DNA of 63,567 nucleotides, the filler included, from Chloroflexota bacterium (GTDB lineage: Bacteria; Chloroflexota; Chloroflexia; QHBQ01), in the NCBI GenBank assembly GCA_043754535.1. It is 6 parts of 6 records of this genome, joined end to end, with 100 filler letters (N's around TTAATTAATTAA, not from the genome) between each part and the next. Parts side by side here need not be neighbours in the genome. Positions count along the whole stretch, not along the records: positions 1 to 17,284 come from JAYUUN010000025.1; 5 more parts are not named here. One strand, given 5' to 3'. The translations under genes and the position numbers were made by a program. Positions 1 to 10,506 of this stretch are shown piece by piece; position 1 is the first letter of the stretch, and the number at the start of each line of letters is the position of its first letter. A model generated the notes under the pieces. It did not search any database and was not told the DNA's origin. It saw nothing but the letters and a program-made list of their open reading frames with translations.

Positions 1-1110
1 CTGCTACTGACACCCCGACCAACACCCCGGTGCCACCGACTGCTACTAACACCCCGACCAACACCCCGGTGCCACCGACTGCTACTAACACCCCGACCAA
101 CACCCCGGTGCCACCAACTGCTACTGATACGCCAACCAACACCCCGGTGCCGCCGACTGCTACCAACACGCCAACCAACACCCCGACCAACACCCCGGTG
201 CCGCCGACTGCTACCAACACGCCGACCAACACCCCGGTGCCACCGACTGCTACCAACACGCCAACCAATACCCCGGTGCCACCGACTGCTACTGACACCC
301 CGACCAACACCCCGGTGCCACCGACTGCTACTGACACCCCGACCAACACCCCGGTGCCACCGACTGCTACTAACACCCCGACCAACACCCCGGTGCCACC
401 AACTGCTACCAACACTCCGACCAACACCCCGGTGCCAACGCTTACACCGACTGCTACTAACACGCCGACTAACACCCCAACCAACACCTTTACCCCGGTG
501 CCGACCCTTACGCCGACCGCTATCAACACCCCAACCCCGACTAACACCCCGACCAACACCCCGCTGCCGACGCTTACGCCGACCGCTACTAACACGCCGA
601 CCAACACCCCGACCAACACCTTCACCCCGGTGCCGACCCTTACGCCGACCGTTACTAACACCCCAACCGCTACTAACACTCCCACCAACACCCCGACCGT
701 TACGCCGACGCGCACCCCGACCAACACCTTTACCCCGGTGCCGCCGACTAACACCCCGACTGCCACCTTCACCCCGACCGACACGCCAACTGTGACGAAC
801 ACGCCGACCAATACCCCGACCGTTACCCCGACGCGCACCCCAACCAACACCTTCACCCCGGTGCCGCCAACCAACACCCCGACCAATACTCCGACCGTCA
901 CGCCAACCCGCACCCCAACCAACACCTTCACCCCGGTGCCGCCAACCAACACCCCGACCAACACCCCAACCATCACGCCAACCCGCACCCCAACCGCGAC
1001 GTTTACGCCGACCATGACTGCGACCCCGACAGCCACGGCTACAAACACCCCGACCAACACCCCGACCGACACGCCGACGGCTACCCCGACCGACACGCCA
1101 GAGCCGAACC
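1..1110 (+). repeat. Coding tandem repeat (about 39-bp unit, degenerating towards 3' end)
   Basis: Repeated ccaacaccccggtgccaccgactgctact... units. Confidence 0.9.
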
Positions 1111-1151
1111 TCACCCCGACCTGGTTCGCCCCGCCCTCCATCTCCAAGTAA
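1..1151 (+). CDS. Pro/Thr-rich repeat C-terminal region of a secreted/surface protein (5' end outside window)
   Basis: Open frame of tandem 13-aa [13 protein letters not shown] units with synonymous codon variation, ending at stop 1149-1151. Confidence 0.8.
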   Translation, partial: ATDTPTNTPVPPTATNTPTNTPVPPTATNTPTNTPVPPTATDTPTNTPVPPTATNTPTNTPTNTPVPPTATNTPTNTPVPPTATNTPTNTPVPPTATDTPTNTPVPPTATDTPTNTPVPPTATNTPTNTPVPPTATNTPTNTPVPTLTPTATNTPTNTPTNTFTPVPTLTPTAINTPTPTNTPTNTPLPTLTPTATNTPTNTPTNTFTPVPTLTPTVTNTPTATNTPTNTPTVTPTRTPTNTFTPVPPTNTPTATFTPTDTPTVTNTPTNTPTVTPTRTPTNTFTPVPPTNTPTNTPTVTPTRTPTNTFTPVPPTNTPTNTPTITPTRTPTATFTPTMTATPTATATNTPTNTPTDTPTATPTDTPEPNLTPTWFAPPSISK

Positions 1152-1166
1152 CTCCTGGGCAAAGAG

Positions 1167-1198
1167 AACACCCCCGCCAGCAATGGTGGGGGTGTTTC
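1167..1198 (+). terminator. Probable intrinsic terminator
   Basis: aacacccccgcca-gcaa-tggtgggggtgtt hairpin right after the stop codon. Confidence 0.7.
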
Positions 1199-1463
1199 TG
1201 TTGGCAGTGTGGGCGTTGGCAGCAGCCAGCGTATCAAGTTCAGCGAACAAGTGAATGGCTGCGCTAGGTGAACAGATCAGCGCAACCCATAGCATGGTCA
1301 GCCTACGCTCGACGTTCACACCCTGGCATTCGTCTATATGCTGCCTGTTATGCAAGACAATAAAGTAGCAGCAGTGACCATTAGCCTGCTGCTGCTTGCA
1401 GATTGCTTCTTGTACGTAAGAGCGGTTGATGAACCGCCGCGCCGGCGACCACTATGGAGCGGC

Positions 1464-1973
1464 CTAGTGTGGTGGCGGCACTGGGATCGCCGTCCAGGTG
1501 GCAATTACTGGGGCTGTCAGTTGCGGGCGGGCGGCATTACTGCCAGCGGCAGTGTAGCGGGTGGCAACCAACTGCCTTGCGCTGGCGAAGTTAGCGGGGG
1601 CTGCGGTCTCGAAGCTGGCAGCGGTCAGGCTGGGTTGCGGCGTGCCAGTGGCCTTCTGCGCGGCGGTGACAGCAGCCGCTTGCGTGCTGGTGGGGCTGAG
1701 AGGATTTAGTGGCTGGAAGTATTGACCGACGGGGCTGAAGGCGAAGGCGGTGATCGCCAATAGCGCGACGATGGTGGCGGCCAGGGCGAAGCTGACCCAC
1801 TGTGGGCGAGCCTGCACCAACCGCACTCGTGGCCCCGCCTGCTCCTGCAATCGCCGCTGGATCGTCGGCCACAGGTCGCGGCTGGCTGGCATCTCGCTGG
1901 CTGCGTAGTCGCGTACTGCACGGCGGATGCGCTCTCCTGGCAAAGTCTTCTGCACTGCTACCTCCTTAAACAC
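1464..1973 (-). CDS. Putative anti-sigma factor (single TM helix)
   Basis: Directly downstream of ECF sigma; 'DLWPTIQRRL' N-terminal motif then hydrophobic helix FALAATIVALLAITAFAF. Confidence 0.6.
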   Translation of the reverse strand: MFKEVAVQKTLPGERIRRAVRDYAASEMPASRDLWPTIQRRLQEQAGPRVRLVQARPQWVSFALAATIVALLAITAFAFSPVGQYFQPLNPLSPTSTQAAAVTAAQKATGTPQPSLTAASFETAAPANFASARQLVATRYTAAGSNAARPQLTAPVIATWTAIPVPPPH

Positions 1974-1997
1974 CGTAAACCCCTTGACTTTAGCTAC

Positions 1998-2606
1998 CTA
2001 CTTGGCTGGCTGCATCCACGGTGGGAGCAACTCGCGCAGCCGCTTGCGGGCCACGCTCAACCGCCAGCGGATCGTCCCTGGTGAGCAGTTCAGTTCTGCT
2101 GACATCTCCTCGTCGCTTAGGTCGAGGTAGTAGCGCAGCACGATAGCGGCCCGCTGACCGGGCGTGAGTTGGCTGAGGGTGGCGGCCAGCACGGAGTTGC
2201 GTTCGGCAGCCTCCATGATCTCATCCAGGTTGAGGCCGCCACTGACCAGTTCGATCCGTTCGCTGCTATCTTCCTTCTCCAGTGGCACTTGCCGCCCGCG
2301 CCGCTGCACTGCCTTGAGCGTATCGTTGACCACGCAGCGCAGGAACCAGGGGGCGAAGGGCCGCCGCTCGTCAAACTGGCTAATCTTTTCGTAGACGCGG
2401 ATGTAGACGGTTTGCACAATATCCTCGGCCAGGGCGTGGTCGCCGCAAATCAGGAAGGCGGTTCGCAGAGCCTGGGTCTGGTAGCGATGCACCAGCACCT
2501 CCAGGCCACCAATGTCGCCCCGCTTGAGGCGCGCAATCGCCAGGCTCTCCTCGCTCTCTGGCGTGGCCCCGACGAACTCTAGCGCGACCGGTTCTGCTCT
2601 GATCAT
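1998..2606 (-). CDS. ECF RNA polymerase sigma-70 factor
   Basis: Region 2 'AEDIVQTVYIRVY...FAPWFLR', region 4 'LTPGQRAAIVLRYY...GTIRWRLSVARKRL'. Confidence 0.93.
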   Translation of the reverse strand: MIRAEPVALEFVGATPESEESLAIARLKRGDIGGLEVLVHRYQTQALRTAFLICGDHALAEDIVQTVYIRVYEKISQFDERRPFAPWFLRCVVNDTLKAVQRRGRQVPLEKEDSSERIELVSGGLNLDEIMEAAERNSVLAATLSQLTPGQRAAIVLRYYLDLSDEEMSAELNCSPGTIRWRLSVARKRLRELLPPWMQPAK

Positions 2607-2767
2607 GCATCTCCCTCAACCAGTATATCAACCAACCCCGCTGATTGTTGGGGCTGGCAGCTTAGCTTGCGCTGGGCCAAAAAGCGGCGCAGCCTTTAGC
2701 CAGCTAATTATAGCGTAGCGGGCTGGCTGGCCGCCATAAACAGTAGCTTACCAGAGGCGGGCTGGCC

Positions 2768-3898
2768 TCAGGGGCGGCTGGCATAGCTGGCCCAACTGCC
2801 GCTGTCGCCATCAGGCAGCACAGCGAAGACCTTTTGCAGGCCGCCACCAACATAGTAGAGCGTGCCGTTACGGAAGTGTTGAACGGCACCATCGCCAAAC
2901 TCCTCCGTGTCGGTGGCCGCACCGAGGCTCTCGCTGCCCAGGGCTTCCCATGCGCTAGCGGTGCGTGGGCCGGGGGCCGGTGGATCGCCAGCCTTGCGCG
3001 AACCATTGCCGATGTAGTCCACTCGCTTGTAGCGGCCATCGGGGTAGAGGCCGTAGGCGTAGCTGGGGCGGCTGTCGCTCTGGTTGATCAACACTGCGCC
3101 CTTGCGGAAGGGCTGGTAGCCACCATGTATGCCGTTGGCTGCATCGTAGCCGGGGTCAGTCGCGCAACCAAGCCTGCTGGCGAGTTCACCATTGCTGGTC
3201 AGGGCGTACTGGAAGATTTGCTTGGTTGGCTGGCAGCCCACCTGCCCGCTGCCGCTGCTGCCCTTGCGCTGGTAAATCTCCTTGCCGACCAGACCGAGTA
3301 GCACTCTGTAACGCGGGTCGCTCTGCTCTGGGTGGTACTCAAAGCGGGCGCGCTCAAAATACTGGGTGATATAGCGTTTGCCGTCCGCCGCGTTCACCTC
3401 GTAGAAGGCATCGGTGAGCGGGAAGCCCTGTTGGGCCAGCGCGCCGTTGTCGTCCCAGTAGCTGAGGAACAGGCCGCTGACGGCGTGGCCCGTTTCGGGG
3501 AAGTTGCGCGAGCCGCCGCCAGGGACGATCTCGCTGGCCGCTGTTACCCTGCCACCAGGGTAGCGGGCGAACAAGGCTTCTTTGCCCAGCAAGCCGAGCA
3601 GGATTTGGTAGCGCGGGTTGGTCTGCTCTGGGTGCAACTCGAAGCGAGCGCGCTCAAAATACTGGGTGCGGTAGGTGCGACCATCCGCGTCGTTGGGTTC
3701 ATCGTATGCGTCAGTGATCGGCAAGCCCTGTTGGGCCAGGCCACCATGCGTCTGCCAATAGCCGAGGAAGGGGTCGTTTACAGTCTTGCCCGTTTCGGGG
3801 AAGGTACGGCTGGCATTCTGGGCCTGGGCGGTACTGCCCGCCAGCATGGTGAGCAGGGCGAACCCGGCAAACAGGAGGAGCAATCTTAGCTGCTTCAA
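2768..3898 (-). CDS. Secreted protein with Chloroflexi-type FPETG/'QYFERARFE' surface repeats
   Basis: Signal peptide; two copies of FPETG...F..YW...GGLAQQG.P.T...QYFERARFE.HPE. Confidence 0.8.
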   Translation of the reverse strand: MKQLRLLLLFAGFALLTMLAGSTAQAQNASRTFPETGKTVNDPFLGYWQTHGGLAQQGLPITDAYDEPNDADGRTYRTQYFERARFELHPEQTNPRYQILLGLLGKEALFARYPGGRVTAASEIVPGGGSRNFPETGHAVSGLFLSYWDDNGALAQQGFPLTDAFYEVNAADGKRYITQYFERARFEYHPEQSDPRYRVLLGLVGKEIYQRKGSSGSGQVGCQPTKQIFQYALTSNGELASRLGCATDPGYDAANGIHGGYQPFRKGAVLINQSDSRPSYAYGLYPDGRYKRVDYIGNGSRKAGDPPAPGPRTASAWEALGSESLGAATDTEEFGDGAVQHFRNGTLYYVGGGLQKVFAVLPDGDSGSWASYASRP

Positions 3899-3906
3899 GG
3901 TGGTAC

Positions 3907-5292
3907 CTACCTTTCTGGGGCTAAAGCGCGGGCGTGCAGGCGCATCTTCAGGCCACGGCGGGGGCGCAGGGTGGTAGAAGGCAGCAGTTCAAAGTTCTGC
4001 GGCAGCATCTCCAGGCGGTAGCGGCTGGCTATCGTGGTCAGCATCAAGTGGGCCTCCATCAAGGCAAACTGCTGGCCGATGCAGAGGCGCGGGCCGCCAC
4101 CAAAGGGGAAGTAGGCGTAGCGCGGCATCCGACGGCGGAAGTCTGCCGTCCAGCGTTCGGGGCTGAAGCGTTCTGGCTCGGCGAACCAGCGGGGGTCGCG
4201 CTGGACAACCCAGGGGGAGAGGGTCAGGTTGGCCCCAGCAGGCAGGCGGTAGCCGCTGGCCTCAAAGGACTCGATAGCCTTGCGGCCAAAGGCCCAGGCG
4301 GGTGGGTAGAGCCGCATCGCCTCGGTGATCACCTGCTCGGCGTAGGGCAAATTGGGCAGGTCGGCCAGGGTGGGGGTGCGCCCTTGCAGCACGCGGTCTA
4401 CCTCGGTGTGCAACTTGGCCTCGGCCTCACCGTTCTGGGCCAGCAGCATCCAACTGTAGGTGAGAACCAGGGCGGTAGTATCGTGGCCCGCCAGGAAGAT
4501 GGTGATCGTCTCGTCGCGCAACTGGGTGTCGGTCATCTGGCTGCCGTCGCTGTCCTGCGCTTGCAGCAGCATAGAGAGCAGGTCGCCGTGGTCTTCGCCA
4601 CTGCTGCGCCGCTCGGCAATGATGGCGTAGAGTACCGCCTCGATCTGCTGGATTGCCTGCTCCATCGGGCGATTGGGCATCAACCGCTGGCCCTGGGGCA
4701 GCATCTGGCGTAGCGCACCACCCAGCGAAGCAAACTCCTCGGCCAGCGAGTCGGTGATCACCCGCAGTGCGTGTTCGACGGTCGCCTCCTCAGCAGTAAC
4801 ATCGGTATCGAACAGTGTCTTGCCGACCGTGCGTAGGGTGAGGGCCAACATCGCCTCGTGCGCGTCAATCGGCTGGCCGGGCTGCCAGCCAGCCATGATA
4901 TCGTTGGTATAGCCGACCATCGTTTGGGCGTAGCTGGCGATGCGCTCGCGGTGGAATGCAGGTTGGGCGAGGCGGCGTTGGCGCAGCCAGAAGTCGCCGT
5001 CGCTGGTCAGCAGGCCGTTGCCGAGCAACTGGTAGGTACCACCGCGCTTGTAGAAGTCACTCTTGGTGAAGTTGCGGTTGTTGGTGACCAGTACCTTCTC
5101 AATGTCAGTAGGGTTGGAGAGCAGGTAGCTATCGGTGCCGAGAACCTGCATCTTGACCACATCACCTTGATCGCGGGTAGTACGGGTGAAGAAGCCGGGC
5201 GCGTTGCGGCTGAGATCGGGCAGGTTGCCGAGCAGTGGCAGGCTGCGGGTGCTGGGTATAGTACGGTTTGTAGTAGCAGTAGCCATCATCAC
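3907..5292 (-). CDS. Cytochrome P450
   Basis: AGHDTT I-helix, EAMRLYPP (ExxR), PERW, heme motif FPFGGGPRLCIG. Confidence 0.96.
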   Translation of the reverse strand: MMMATATTNRTIPSTRSLPLLGNLPDLSRNAPGFFTRTTRDQGDVVKMQVLGTDSYLLSNPTDIEKVLVTNNRNFTKSDFYKRGGTYQLLGNGLLTSDGDFWLRQRRLAQPAFHRERIASYAQTMVGYTNDIMAGWQPGQPIDAHEAMLALTLRTVGKTLFDTDVTAEEATVEHALRVITDSLAEEFASLGGALRQMLPQGQRLMPNRPMEQAIQQIEAVLYAIIAERRSSGEDHGDLLSMLLQAQDSDGSQMTDTQLRDETITIFLAGHDTTALVLTYSWMLLAQNGEAEAKLHTEVDRVLQGRTPTLADLPNLPYAEQVITEAMRLYPPAWAFGRKAIESFEASGYRLPAGANLTLSPWVVQRDPRWFAEPERFSPERWTADFRRRMPRYAYFPFGGGPRLCIGQQFALMEAHLMLTTIASRYRLEMLPQNFELLPSTTLRPRRGLKMRLHARALAPER

Positions 5293-5309
5293 TCCTTTGT
5301 ACTATTGCG

Positions 5310-6314
5310 CTAGCGACCCCAACTGAGGCCGCCAACCCCTGAGATACGCCCTTCGCTGGTCAGCTTCTGGGTGTCGCTGGCGCGAGGGCCGCTGCTGAAA
5401 TCCAGCTTGAGGGCGTAGAGGCTGAAGCTGTCGTTCTCCAGCGAGAGGAAAGCGAGGGCGCGCCCATCGGGCGACCAGGCTGGCGTGCGGGCGCGGTCGG
5501 TATTGGTGATCTTCAGTGCGCCGGTGCCATCCTTGTGCGCCAGCCAAATATTGGTCTTGCCGCCCACCTTCGCGGTGTAGGCGATGTACTCACCGTCGGG
5601 GCTGTAGGTTGCGTCGTAGTCAGCCTCGTCCTTGTCCAGTAGAGGCAACCACTTGCCATCCTCGATACTGTAGGCCCACACAGCAGGCTTCTTCTGGCTA
5701 AAGTTGGTGGCAAGGATGGTGGCCTCGTCGGGGCTGTAGGCCGGGTGTTCCCAACCGAAGTTGCCAAAGTCGGCATCGGGGGCCAGGCGGTTACCACCCA
5801 CGGCATCACCCTGCGCGCTCATCGTCCAAACCACCAGGGTGTCGCTATTGCCGTCGTGCAGGTAGGCCAGCCGCTTGCCATTGGGCCGCCAGGCAGGGGC
5901 GAAGGCCCAGTTGCTACCCTTCACGTACGCATGCGTTTCAGGTTCCGCGTTGGGGTTGAAGTTGTTAGTCAGCCGCACCGCATTGCCGCCGCCCACCTCC
6001 GATACCGCCAGGTCGGAGTAGCTCTCGCCGCGCCGCACGTAGGCGAACTGGCTGCTGTCTGGCGACCAGGCGGGCTGCAACTCGCGCTCCTCTGGTGCAT
6101 TGGGGTCGCGCACCACTCGGCTGGGTACGGTCGCCCGCTGCACATTGCCGTCGCGCCAGAGCCAGATCGCGTCGTCGCGGGTATAGAGGATGCGCCCGCC
6201 AAAGTCGGCAGCGTTTGGCATGGCGGGCGGCCCCGCCTGCACTCGCAAGCTGAGGCCACCAACCAGCAGGGCCAGTAGAGTGAGCATGATGAGGATTGTT
6301 TGTTTGGCTTTCAT
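5310..6314 (-). CDS. TolB-like beta-propeller (PD40 repeat) secreted protein
   Basis: Signal peptide and multiple PAWSPDG-type repeats. Confidence 0.85.
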   Translation of the reverse strand: MKAKQTILIMLTLLALLVGGLSLRVQAGPPAMPNAADFGGRILYTRDDAIWLWRDGNVQRATVPSRVVRDPNAPEERELQPAWSPDSSQFAYVRRGESYSDLAVSEVGGGNAVRLTNNFNPNAEPETHAYVKGSNWAFAPAWRPNGKRLAYLHDGNSDTLVVWTMSAQGDAVGGNRLAPDADFGNFGWEHPAYSPDEATILATNFSQKKPAVWAYSIEDGKWLPLLDKDEADYDATYSPDGEYIAYTAKVGGKTNIWLAHKDGTGALKITNTDRARTPAWSPDGRALAFLSLENDSFSLYALKLDFSSGPRASDTQKLTSEGRISGVGGLSWGR

Positions 6315-6349
6315 CTTGTTTTGCGAACCACCTGCATTCTAAGCTGGAG

Positions 6350-7894
6350 CTATCTGCTGCCGTATGATTGCTCTAGCAATTCGCGGGCTACCGTGCGGTC
6401 GTCCCAGGGTAGCTTTTCGTTACCGACAATGATACACTGCTCGTGGCCCTTGCCCAGCAGTACCACGATATCGCCCGCCTGCGCGACCAGGCCGAAGGCG
6501 GCGCGGATGGCCTCGCGGCGGTCAGCGATCTTGAGGAAGTCGCGGCCCGCCACCTTGCCCACAGCCTCGGCACCAACAGCGATCTCGTTGATGATCGCCA
6601 TCGGCTCCTCAAAACGCGGGTCTTCGTCGGCGATCACGAAACTGTCGCACCACTTTGCGGCCACGCCCCCCTGCATCGGTCGCTTGGCCCGGTCGCGCTC
6701 GCCTGCGCTACCAAAGACGCAGATCAGCTTGCCATCGCGCCCCTCTGCTTTGGTCAGCGGACGAAGAATACCCAACACCTTGTCCATCGCGTCGGGCGTG
6801 TGCGCGTAGTCCACGATGCAGGTGAAGGGCTGGCCCGCCACGATCTGCTCCATGCGCCCTGCCACCCCCGCTACGCTCTCCAACCCACGCTTGATCACCG
6901 CCAACGGTATGTCCTGCGACAGAGCAACGGTGAGGGCGGCCAGCGAGTTGTAGACGTTGAAGCTGCCAGTCAGCTTGAGGTCGAGGTGGATGCTGCCGAC
7001 TGGAGTGCTAACATCGTAGCGCAAGCCCGCCGGATGCGCCTGGATGTTGCTGGCCCGCACGTCGGCCTGCTGGTTGTGGATCGCGTAGGTTAGCCGTCGG
7101 CCACCCTGCGGCACGCGGTCGAGGTAGAGTTGGGCGTGTGGGTCGTCGCCATTGACCACGCCAACCTTCCCAATGCCCTTGTCGGCAGATGAGCCGAGGA
7201 AGTCGAACAATATAGCCTTATCTAGCCGATACTGCTCTACCGAGCCGTGAAAGTCAAGGTGTTCGTGGGTGACATTGGTCAGCACCGCCACGTCATACTC
7301 GCAGTGGTCGAGGCGGTGTTGGGCGAGGCCATGCGACGACGATTCGAGGACGGCATACTGAACCCCCTCAGCCACCATCTCCGCCAGCAAGCCCTGCACT
7401 TCGGTCGCCTCTGGGGTAGTCTCGCGCGTAGGATTGTCCCAGAGGCGCGGGCCAACCTTGAAGCTGACGGTGCCGAACAACCCAGTGCTGAAGCCAGCCT
7501 CCTCTAGCACGCGGCTAATCAGGAAGGTGGTGGTGGTTTTGCCGTCGGTGCCGGTTACGCCAATAGTGCGTAGCTTGCGGGCGGGATTGCCGTAGAAGGC
7601 GGCGGCGAAGTCGGCCAGGGCTGCGCTGGTATTCGGCACGCTGATCAGCGGCAGGTCAGGATGGGCGGCAGCAAAGTCGGGCAGCACCACAGCCGCCGTC
7701 GCCCCCTGGGCTAGAGCGGTCGCCACGTACTGGTGGCCGTCGGTATGGTAGTTCTTCTCGTAGCGGGCAACGAACAGCGTGCCGGGGGCTGCCTCCCGCG
7801 AGTCGTAGACGATGGCGGCAATCTCCGCCTCCGCCAGGCTAGCGGCCTGCAAGGTGGCGTTTGGTACGGCGAGCAGCAAATCAGCAAGTTTCAT
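6350..7894 (-). CDS. murE: UDP-MurNAc-L-Ala-D-Glu--diamino acid ligase
   Basis: GVTGTDGKTTT, ESSSHGL, HEHLDFH, VDYAHTPD, GKGHE motifs. Confidence 0.95.
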   Translation of the reverse strand: MKLADLLLAVPNATLQAASLAEAEIAAIVYDSREAAPGTLFVARYEKNYHTDGHQYVATALAQGATAAVVLPDFAAAHPDLPLISVPNTSAALADFAAAFYGNPARKLRTIGVTGTDGKTTTTFLISRVLEEAGFSTGLFGTVSFKVGPRLWDNPTRETTPEATEVQGLLAEMVAEGVQYAVLESSSHGLAQHRLDHCEYDVAVLTNVTHEHLDFHGSVEQYRLDKAILFDFLGSSADKGIGKVGVVNGDDPHAQLYLDRVPQGGRRLTYAIHNQQADVRASNIQAHPAGLRYDVSTPVGSIHLDLKLTGSFNVYNSLAALTVALSQDIPLAVIKRGLESVAGVAGRMEQIVAGQPFTCIVDYAHTPDAMDKVLGILRPLTKAEGRDGKLICVFGSAGERDRAKRPMQGGVAAKWCDSFVIADEDPRFEEPMAIINEIAVGAEAVGKVAGRDFLKIADRREAIRAAFGLVAQAGDIVVLLGKGHEQCIIVGNEKLPWDDRTVARELLEQSYGSR

Positions 7895-7998
7895 GGCGTA
7901 GCTCCTCCTTACAAGCTCAACCGCGATCCGCCTGGGAGCTACGCTGCTCCACGCCCAGCATTGGGATCACGGCCTTCCAATCAGCGGGTGTGGGCCAA

Positions 7999-8943
7999 TC
8001 AGCCCTTAAAGAACTCGATCACCAACTCCGCCGCGTTGACCCCGGCTGCCGCCTGGCCCTCGCCGGTGGATGCGCCGATGTGGGGGGTAAAGAGGATATT
8101 GGCGTTGGGGTCTGCGTTTGCCAGCACAAGCAGCGGGTTGTCCGCAGCCGGTGGCTCGATCGCGTACACGTCCAGGGCGACCCCCCCGATCTGCCCGCTC
8201 TGGATCAGCCCAGCCAAGGCCGCCTCGTCGATCACCCCACCACGGGCAGCATTGATGATCAAGGCACCAGGCTTCATGCTGCCCAGCCGCGCTGCATCCA
8301 AAAGGTTGCGCGTCTCGTCGGTCAGCGGCAGGTGAAGGGTGAGCAGGTCGGCGGTGGCTATCACCTCGTCGCGGCCCAGGCTGGTCGCCCCTTGCGCGCT
8401 GATCTGCTCTGCGCTCACAAAGGGGTCATAGGCAACCACGCTCATGCCCAGGGCGCGGGCGAAGGCAGCCACCTGCCCACCAATGCGGCCAAAGCCGAGG
8501 ACACCGAGGGTGCGCCCACGCAGCTCCAGGCCCTGGAAGGCTTTGCGCTCCCACTTGCCAGCCCGTACGCTGCGGTCGGCGGCGGGCAGGCGGCGGGCGA
8601 GAGCTAGCATCAGGCCCAGCACCAGTTCGGCTACCGCCTCGGTAGTAGCGGCGGGGGTGTTCATCACCTTGATGTTCTTCTCAGTGGCGGCGGCAGCATC
8701 CACATTGTCCAGGCCCACCCCAGCCCGCACAATCAGGCGCAGGCCCACCGCCTCGCCCAGCACCTCGCGGGTCAGCTTGGTGTCGCTGCGGACGAGGACG
8801 GCGGCGTAGCCATCCTCGCGCAGGGCGCGCTTGAGTTCGTCCACTGGCAGCTTCAGGCGGCTATCAGCTTGCAGGCCCGCCGCTTGCAGCAAGCTAGCGG
8901 CGCGGGGGTCGAGTTGGTCGGCAATCAACACTCTCTCGTTCAA
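7999..8943 (-). CDS. serA: D-3-phosphoglycerate dehydrogenase / D-2-hydroxyacid dehydrogenase (no ACT domain); start uncertain
   Basis: RAGVGLDNVD, LGFGRIG, INAARGG, TPHIGAST. Confidence 0.8.
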   Translation of the reverse strand: MNERVLIADQLDPRAASLLQAAGLQADSRLKLPVDELKRALREDGYAAVLVRSDTKLTREVLGEAVGLRLIVRAGVGLDNVDAAAATEKNIKVMNTPAATTEAVAELVLGLMLALARRLPAADRSVRAGKWERKAFQGLELRGRTLGVLGFGRIGGQVAAFARALGMSVVAYDPFVSAEQISAQGATSLGRDEVIATADLLTLHLPLTDETRNLLDAARLGSMKPGALIINAARGGVIDEAALAGLIQSGQIGGVALDVYAIEPPAADNPLLVLANADPNANILFTPHIGASTGEGQAAAGVNAAELVIEFFKG

Positions 8944-9018
8944 GGCTACGGCTCCTGCGGCACAAGATTGGGGACGTGCTAGCTGCACGTCCCCCACATT
9001 ATAGCATATTGCGGCATT

Positions 9019-9420
9019 TCAGGCTGGCAAGTCAGTCAGATAGTGATCAACCTCAGAGATCAGCGTGGTGAAGTTGAAGGGCTTGTTGATCCAGCCACTG
9101 GCCCCGGCTGCGAAGGCGGCATCCACCGTGCGCTGGTCAGAGACCGCACTGAGTATGATCACGCGGGGGAGGTCGCCTGGCTGCTGGTCGTGCTTGAGCC
9201 GCCTGCAAACGGTCACGCCATCCTGCCCTGGCATCATCACATCTAGCAGCACGAGATTAGGGTGTTCGGCGGCCACCTGCCGTTCGGCAGCCGAGGCGTT
9301 GGTCGCAGTGATAATCTCATAGCCCTGTAGCTCCAGACGATACTTTAGGATCGCCAGGATGTTCATGTCATCGTCAACCAGCAAAATCTTCGCGCCTATC
9401 ATATTCTCTCCCTCCTCCAC
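9019..9420 (-). CDS. Single-domain response regulator (REC)
   Basis: ILLVDDD, LLDVMMPGQDG, KPF. Confidence 0.92.
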   Translation of the reverse strand: MEEGENMIGAKILLVDDDMNILAILKYRLELQGYEIITATNASAAERQVAAEHPNLVLLDVMMPGQDGVTVCRRLKHDQQPGDLPRVIILSAVSDQRTVDAAFAAGASGWINKPFNFTTLISEVDHYLTDLPA

Positions 9421-9660
9421 TCATTTAGCAGTAGTATTGTACCATCTGTTTCGTAGCTAATGCAAGAGGTTGAAGCTGATCGCTGGAACACTAACATGTA
9501 TAGGTAGAGCGGTCGGTAAGGTTCTGGTAAGGTTTGTAGGCACGGGTGGTTTTGACGGCTAGCCAGGAAGTTGTGATCGGGGGCGCAGATGTGGTATATT
9601 CCATACGCCTCTTTCAGCCCACGCCTCCACCGTTTGGAGCGGGGCGGAGCCTCACCACTT

Positions 9661-10506
9661 ATGCCAAAGATACTGATCGTCTCGGACATACACGCCAACC
9701 TGACCGCCCTCGAAGCGGTACTGGCCGACTTCCAGCAAGCCACTGGGGGGCAGCCAGCGGTGATCTGGTCGCTGGGTGACATGGTGGATTATGGAGCCGA
9801 GCCAGAGGCCGTCCTCGATTGCTTGCAGCAGTACCCGCTGATCGCCATCCTGGGCAACCACGAACTGGCCCTGCTGGGCAAGGTTGAACTCGCCCTGTTC
9901 AACCCCGATGCTCGCAAGTCGGCTCTATGGACGCGCGGCCAGGTTGGTGAGCGCAATCTCGCCTTCCTAGCTGGCCTGAGCAGCAGCATCCAGGTCGCGG
10001 TGGGAGACAGTGAGTTCACCCTCGCGCACGGTAGCCCCCGCGATCCAGTGTGGGAATACCTGCTGCAAGCGGACGACGCGGCGGGCAACTTTGTGATGAT
10101 GGAGACTGACCACGCTCTGGTCGGCCACACCCACATTGCCAGCTACTTCCGCCTCGCCCCCGGCAAGGGGGATCGCTCTGTTGTCGGCTCCTATGCCGCT
10201 CGCGACCGCGAGACGCTGCGGCTGCCCACCGCCAGCAGCGGAGAGCGGCTGATCCTCAACCCCGGCTCGGTCGGCCAACCCCGCGACAAAGACCCCCGTG
10301 CCGCCTACCTCTTGTTCGACGACGAAAGTCTGAGCTTTACCTACCGCCGCGTGAGCTACGATGTGGCGCAGACTGCCGCCCGCATCAAGGCCGCCCACCT
10401 GCCAGAACGGTTCGCCCGCCGCCTGGAGCGTGGCACCTTAGAGCAGCCGCACCCCGGTTGGCTTGATTGGCGCACCCACAGTATAGAAGGAGTACAGTTT
10501 TGCTAG
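9661..10506 (+). CDS. Metallophosphoesterase (YfcE/MJ0912-like)
   Basis: SDIHAN, LGDMVDYG, GNHE, AHGSP, GHTH, NPGSVGQPRD. Confidence 0.92.
   Translation: MPKILIVSDIHANLTALEAVLADFQQATGGQPAVIWSLGDMVDYGAEPEAVLDCLQQYPLIAILGNHELALLGKVELALFNPDARKSALWTRGQVGERNLAFLAGLSSSIQVAVGDSEFTLAHGSPRDPVWEYLLQADDAAGNFVMMETDHALVGHTHIASYFRLAPGKGDRSVVGSYAARDRETLRLPTASSGERLILNPGSVGQPRDKDPRAAYLLFDDESLSFTYRRVSYDVAQTAARIKAAHLPERFARRLERGTLEQPHPGWLDWRTHSIEGVQFC

Noticed and set aside
1..1110. Tandem repeats as a CRISPR-like array
   Set aside because: No unique spacers; codon-wobble variation shows protein coding
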